From positions 544,001 to 608,000 of the forward strand of contig CAVUZH010000013.1 of the NCBI GenBank assembly GCA_963745835.1: DNA of 64,000 nucleotides, read 5' to 3'. The stretch is from an uncultured delta proteobacterium. GTDB taxonomy: Bacteria > Desulfobacterota > Binatia > UBA9968. The position numbers and the translations under genes are program-made. The first letter of the stretch is position 1; each line of letters begins with the position of its first letter. Below, piece by piece: positions 60,402 to 64,000 of this stretch. The notes below the pieces were generated by a model that was not told where the DNA came from, did not search any database, and worked only from the letters and a program-made list of their open reading frames with translations.

Positions 60402-61340
60402 TCATTTGATGATTCCATGTTCCTTAAAAAATCTTTCTGACCCCGAATGCAGTGGGATTGCTAGGCCTCGCAAGCCTGTTCCGGCTGAATCACCTTTAAA
60501 CCCCTCGTTCATCTTCTGAAGCTCGTCCATCCTGGAGTAGACGATCTTTAGCATTTGATAAACGACCGCATCACTCATGTCATCTCTCGTTACCAATGGA
60601 CCGGGAAGACCTACTGCCTTGGTAGAAGTGTGATACTTCGGATAGAAGTCCCGGATATCAACTTCGGTATAAAGCGGCGACTCCTTCTGCAAAGCCTTGA
60701 TCTTATCCGGCTCTATCGGTAGCAACTTCAGTGCATTCTTGTTGATCATGTCTGTGTAGGCCGGGACCGGGAGTCGGGCGATGGTAAATACCGCGTCAAT
60801 TTCCTTTCGTGCGAGAGCTGCTCGTGCTTTCTCCGTATCGCCCCTCTCTGCCCTGACGTCGTTGGTCAAACCGTAGACCTCAAGAATTTGTCTTCCCAGA
60901 AGAGCTGAGCCGGTTCCTCCGCCATAGACGATGTTCTTTCCCTTAAGCTGGGATATCTGGTGAATCGGCGAATCGGGATTCGTGTAGACGAACATGAGGC
61001 TAAAACCAAAGCTGGCCACGTGCCGAATTTTTTTTTGCGGCTTGCCCAGGAAATCGCCGGATCCTTCATAAGCGGCCTTAACGGACTCGGCCGTTGTCGT
61101 TCCGAAGGATGCCGTTCCGTCGTCCACCGAAATCATATTCGTCGGTCCGCCCTCGGAGGGGAGAGTGATCAAAGTAAAATCTGTTGCATAGCGGTTCACT
61201 AGATTGGCGAAGTAGAGCATGTTGACGTAGACGCTGCTGTTAAGTCCCGATGTGTGAATTGTATAACGATCCGCGAAGCTGGCTGTTGTATCCATGATCA
61301 AAGACAAAAGGACCGTAATCGTCCAAATAATTTTTTTCAC
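60402..61340 (-). CDS. TAXI-family TRAP solute receptor
   Basis: S.GG..N, I..I..LKGK, LV...D..D.VVY...K and IPLH.G.ERFFKE. Confidence 0.85.
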   Translation of the reverse strand: MKKIIWTITVLLSLIMDTTASFADRYTIHTSGLNSSVYVNMLYFANLVNRYATDFTLITLPSEGGPTNMISVDDGTASFGTTTAESVKAAYEGSGDFLGKPQKKIRHVASFGFSLMFVYTNPDSPIHQISQLKGKNIVYGGGTGSALLGRQILEVYGLTNDVRAERGDTEKARAALARKEIDAVFTIARLPVPAYTDMINKNALKLLPIEPDKIKALQKESPLYTEVDIRDFYPKYHTSTKAVGLPGPLVTRDDMSDAVVYQMLKIVYSRMDELQKMNEGFKGDSAGTGLRGLAIPLHSGSERFFKEHGIIK

Positions 61341-61458
61341 TACGGTTCTCCCACCGGTTGAACTCGAATCTCAACGTTTGGTGCGCTAGTTATCAGTTGT
61401 TCCTTAAGCTTAGAGGAATGCGAACCGGGAGAGATGAAAGAGCGCAGAAAGAACTGCT

Positions 61459-62490
61459 TCATTTCGAATGAGTAGTGTACAAACGATCAATGTAGCCACT
61501 CTGGTCCAACTCGCGGATGAAACTCATGTCTACGAAGTCTTCCGGCTTGGCTGAGCGCGCCCGTGGATCGGTCTCGGTCATGGAAGCCAGAATCGTTTTA
61601 ATTCCCTCTATCGAGGGGTACTGCTTTTTGGAAAGCATGGCTTCGTTTAGGAGACCGTCGCGAATTTTTTCCAGAAGGTCGCGGTCTAGGCCGCTTCCCG
61701 CGTGCCTTAAGAAGGCATTCAGGGTCCCTTCTCGATCCGTCCAAATGCGGTGGACGGCGTCGACCTGAGTCTTAACGTATCTTCTCACGAGCTCGCGATT
61801 TTCTCTGATCGTCTTCCGCGTAGTAGCGACTCCCGTGTGTTGGATCACGAGTCCCATCTTAGCCACATCGGCCAGGATGTTCATGCCTTTTTTCTGGGCT
61901 ATGGTGCCGGGTAGGGAGCCAAGCACGGCACCATGGACCCTGCCGTTCAACAGGGAGCCCAACCGAGCAGGACTATCGCCAATCTGGACGATGGCGACGT
62001 CCCGTCCCGGGGTCAAGCCCAACTTGGGTAAAGCGAAGCGGGCGATAAAGTCAGTAGCTGAGCCAAAACGGCTGATGGCGACCGATCCGCCTCTGAGTTG
62101 CTCCGGGCTTTTGACGTCGGAGCGACCCATGATCCAATAGCTGAGAGAGGTGATTCCACCGGCGACCATGATCAAGTCAGACCCGCCGATTGCACTGTTC
62201 ACGACTGACGGTCCGGCAACCTGTCCGATCTGAACGTCGCCGGAAATCAAAGCGAGCACGCTTGTGGTTCCGCCGGTGAAGTAGATGAGGCTTGCGTCGA
62301 GTCCGTTCTTTTCAAATAGCCGCGCTTCCTTCGCCACAAGAACCGGCAGCGGATCTCCCCCTGCGCCTCCGTAAGCCACGTTGACTTTCGTCAGCTGGGC
62401 CGAGGTGGACGCGACAGAGAAAATCCACACCAGAATTGTCAACATCGGTATACGCATAATTACCCTCTTCACCCCGACCACCGATGACAA
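61459..62490 (-). CDS. NitT/TauT-family ABC solute-binding protein
   Basis: AKEA.LFEKNGLD, AISRFGSATD, GL.PGRDVAIVQ.G, YPSIEGIK and KPEDFVD. Confidence 0.9.
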   Translation of the reverse strand: MSSVVGVKRVIMRIPMLTILVWIFSVASTSAQLTKVNVAYGGAGGDPLPVLVAKEARLFEKNGLDASLIYFTGGTTSVLALISGDVQIGQVAGPSVVNSAIGGSDLIMVAGGITSLSYWIMGRSDVKSPEQLRGGSVAISRFGSATDFIARFALPKLGLTPGRDVAIVQIGDSPARLGSLLNGRVHGAVLGSLPGTIAQKKGMNILADVAKMGLVIQHTGVATTRKTIRENRELVRRYVKTQVDAVHRIWTDREGTLNAFLRHAGSGLDRDLLEKIRDGLLNEAMLSKKQYPSIEGIKTILASMTETDPRARSAKPEDFVDMSFIRELDQSGYIDRLYTTHSK

Positions 62491-62548
62491 TGCCGCAAAT
62501 GCCTTCGCTCGAAATCACCTTTCCAATCGTGTTTGAACAAAGTCGATG

Positions 62549-63574
62549 CTATGGCTTGGAAGCAGAGATCTTCTCTACGACTTTCTGAACCAGCTGTGGC
62601 CCTTCGCCAGCAGACATTATTGGTCGGGCAGTCCAGGCATTGTTCGGAATGCGATCAGCTTTGCGGTAGGTCGGTCCATACATTTTAATTTTTGACTGCG
62701 CCGGGAAATTCATGCGAACCTGCAGCCGACGATGGCGCAGGCGCTGCAAAGATATCGTCGCATGTATTGCCGATTCGCCGGCTGAGTCGACCGTCGCCAA
62801 AGCCTTTCCCTCATAATCGATGATTTCACTGTGGCCGCGCGAGCGCACACGTGGGGCGCCGCTACCCAGCACACCGCCGTTGTTTACCGATGCAAAGTAG
62901 GCGACGTTCTCATAGGCTCGTGCTCGCCGCATTTCTTCCCATACAGGAAATGCCGCAGCCGTCGTTTCTGCGGTGAGATGAAGCACGACCTCCGCCCCAC
63001 GCAGCACCAGGCTGCGCGTATGTTCAAAAAAATTAACATCGTTGCCTACCAGGCATGCCAAGCGGCCAAGCGGCGTGTCGAGCACGGGAAAAAGTGGCAC
63101 TTCCCCGTCTCTACGCACGTATTCATTCAGCACATCCGCTGGACTGGTCACCGGTAACAATCCATTGAGAGTCTCCGGGTTGAGTTGTCGATATTTGAGC
63201 TCGACGTTGCCTGACGGCCCGAGGATAAAAGCCGTGTTGAAGAAACGATCCGGCCATGCGTCGCTTTGCTCGAAAGCGGCACCTGCGATGTAGACGCCGT
63301 GTTGCCGACAGAAATCACCCAGTTTATCCGTTTCAGGCCCTGGGATCTGGATGCACACCTTCAGCCAATCGGCGACGGCGCGATTCGGCACGAAGCCTTG
63401 AAGCCAGCCCTCCGGCAAAATGAAGAGACGGCTTTGCTCCGTAGCCGCCGCATAGGCGGCTAACTCCAAACTCCGGTCGAGGTTTCTCTTAAGAAGTTCA
63501 TCTTTGTCGGCAGGATCTTGGATCACAAAAATTTCGCATTGAAGACAACTCATGACATAACTAGAATCTCGCAT
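62549..63574 (-). CDS. Nitrilase/carbon-nitrogen hydrolase-fold protein with degenerate triad
   Basis: LPE, FNTAFI.GP.G...KYRQ, FPV.DT.LGRL..LVGND, GAEV and RARAYEN; start uncertain. Confidence 0.8.
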   Translation of the reverse strand: MRDSSYVMSCLQCEIFVIQDPADKDELLKRNLDRSLELAAYAAATEQSRLFILPEGWLQGFVPNRAVADWLKVCIQIPGPETDKLGDFCRQHGVYIAGAAFEQSDAWPDRFFNTAFILGPSGNVELKYRQLNPETLNGLLPVTSPADVLNEYVRRDGEVPLFPVLDTPLGRLACLVGNDVNFFEHTRSLVLRGAEVVLHLTAETTAAAFPVWEEMRRARAYENVAYFASVNNGGVLGSGAPRVRSRGHSEIIDYEGKALATVDSAGESAIHATISLQRLRHRRLQVRMNFPAQSKIKMYGPTYRKADRIPNNAWTARPIMSAGEGPQLVQKVVEKISASKP

Positions 63575-63585
63575 GGACGCTCCTC

Positions 63586-64000
63586 TCAAGCCGTCGAATC
63601 GCTCTGCGGAGAGACATAAACCTTCTCGGCCAGAAAACGCTCAATCACCGATTTTGTCGCATCGGCGCCTTCGCGACGATTTTGAATCGGTTTGTTCCGC
63701 CAGTGATCTAACGGAAACGCGTCGATACTATCGTACGTCTCCGCATAGAGCGATGATCGAAGCTGGGCCAGAATGTTGAGCTTCACTTGAGCGCGGCGCT
63801 CGCGCAGCGCCTCGATATCGATTGTCGCCTGAGCGACTCCCTCCCCCGGCCCGTTCACTACAGTGACAACGCGTCCCTCGAAACTCACAATCTCCGAGTG
63901 GCCGTGCGAACGAAATACAGGCGAAATCTCTCCTTCCCGCCGTTCTTGAAATATCGGATACGGCGAATCGGCGAAATCTTTGTCCCCGACCGGACCCACA
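63586..64000 (-). CDS. C-terminal part of a second nitrilase-family protein (runs off the window)
   Basis: RSHGHSEIV.FEG......GE....ATIDIEALR..R...N..AQ parallels the C-terminus of the downstream gene. Confidence 0.75.
   Translation of the reverse strand, partial: VGPVGDKDFADSPYPIFQERREGEISPVFRSHGHSEIVSFEGRVVTVVNGPGEGVAQATIDIEALRERRAQVKLNILAQLRSSLYAETYDSIDAFPLDHWRNKPIQNRREGADATKSVIERFLAEKVYVSPQSDSTA

Noticed and set aside
702-63779. Numerous long antisense or alternate-frame ORFs in the track (e.g. 702-1538, 23045-23869, 51330-52175, 54807-55559)
   Set aside because: Shadow ORFs of GC-rich genes with no motifs.

Overview
Bacterial accessory region with moderately high GC. The many orphan solute-binding proteins, TctC/Bug proteins, Mo-hydroxylase subunits and VOC/MBL/nitrilase paralogues resemble Candidatus Binatia-type soil bacteria; that taxonomy is an inference. 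No rRNA, tRNA or CRISPR array is visible. The window is a mosaic of small cargo modules: catabolic enzymes, five type II toxin-antitoxin pairs plus three remnants, a TIR-TM-ectodomain protein with a soluble duplicate, a BON/hemerythrin stress triad and a glycosyltransferase island. Decayed gene fragments separate the modules. Three features stand out. (1) Six co-oriented, diverged pieces of one NitT/TauT-type SBP gene (14.6-28.0 kb) punctuate unrelated cargo like an integrase-free cassette array, and the pattern recurs with MetE-like and PLD gene ends. (2) An intact IS1111-type (IS110 family) element at 31396-32815 has bridge-RNA target and donor guides that can be read directly from the sequence; its target resembles the GGGGTCA motifs next to RAYT genes. 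(3) At least six RAYT (Y1 HUH) remnants and several families of short palindromic or tandem repeats lie at module boundaries. Several single-base frameshifts may be long-read assembly errors.
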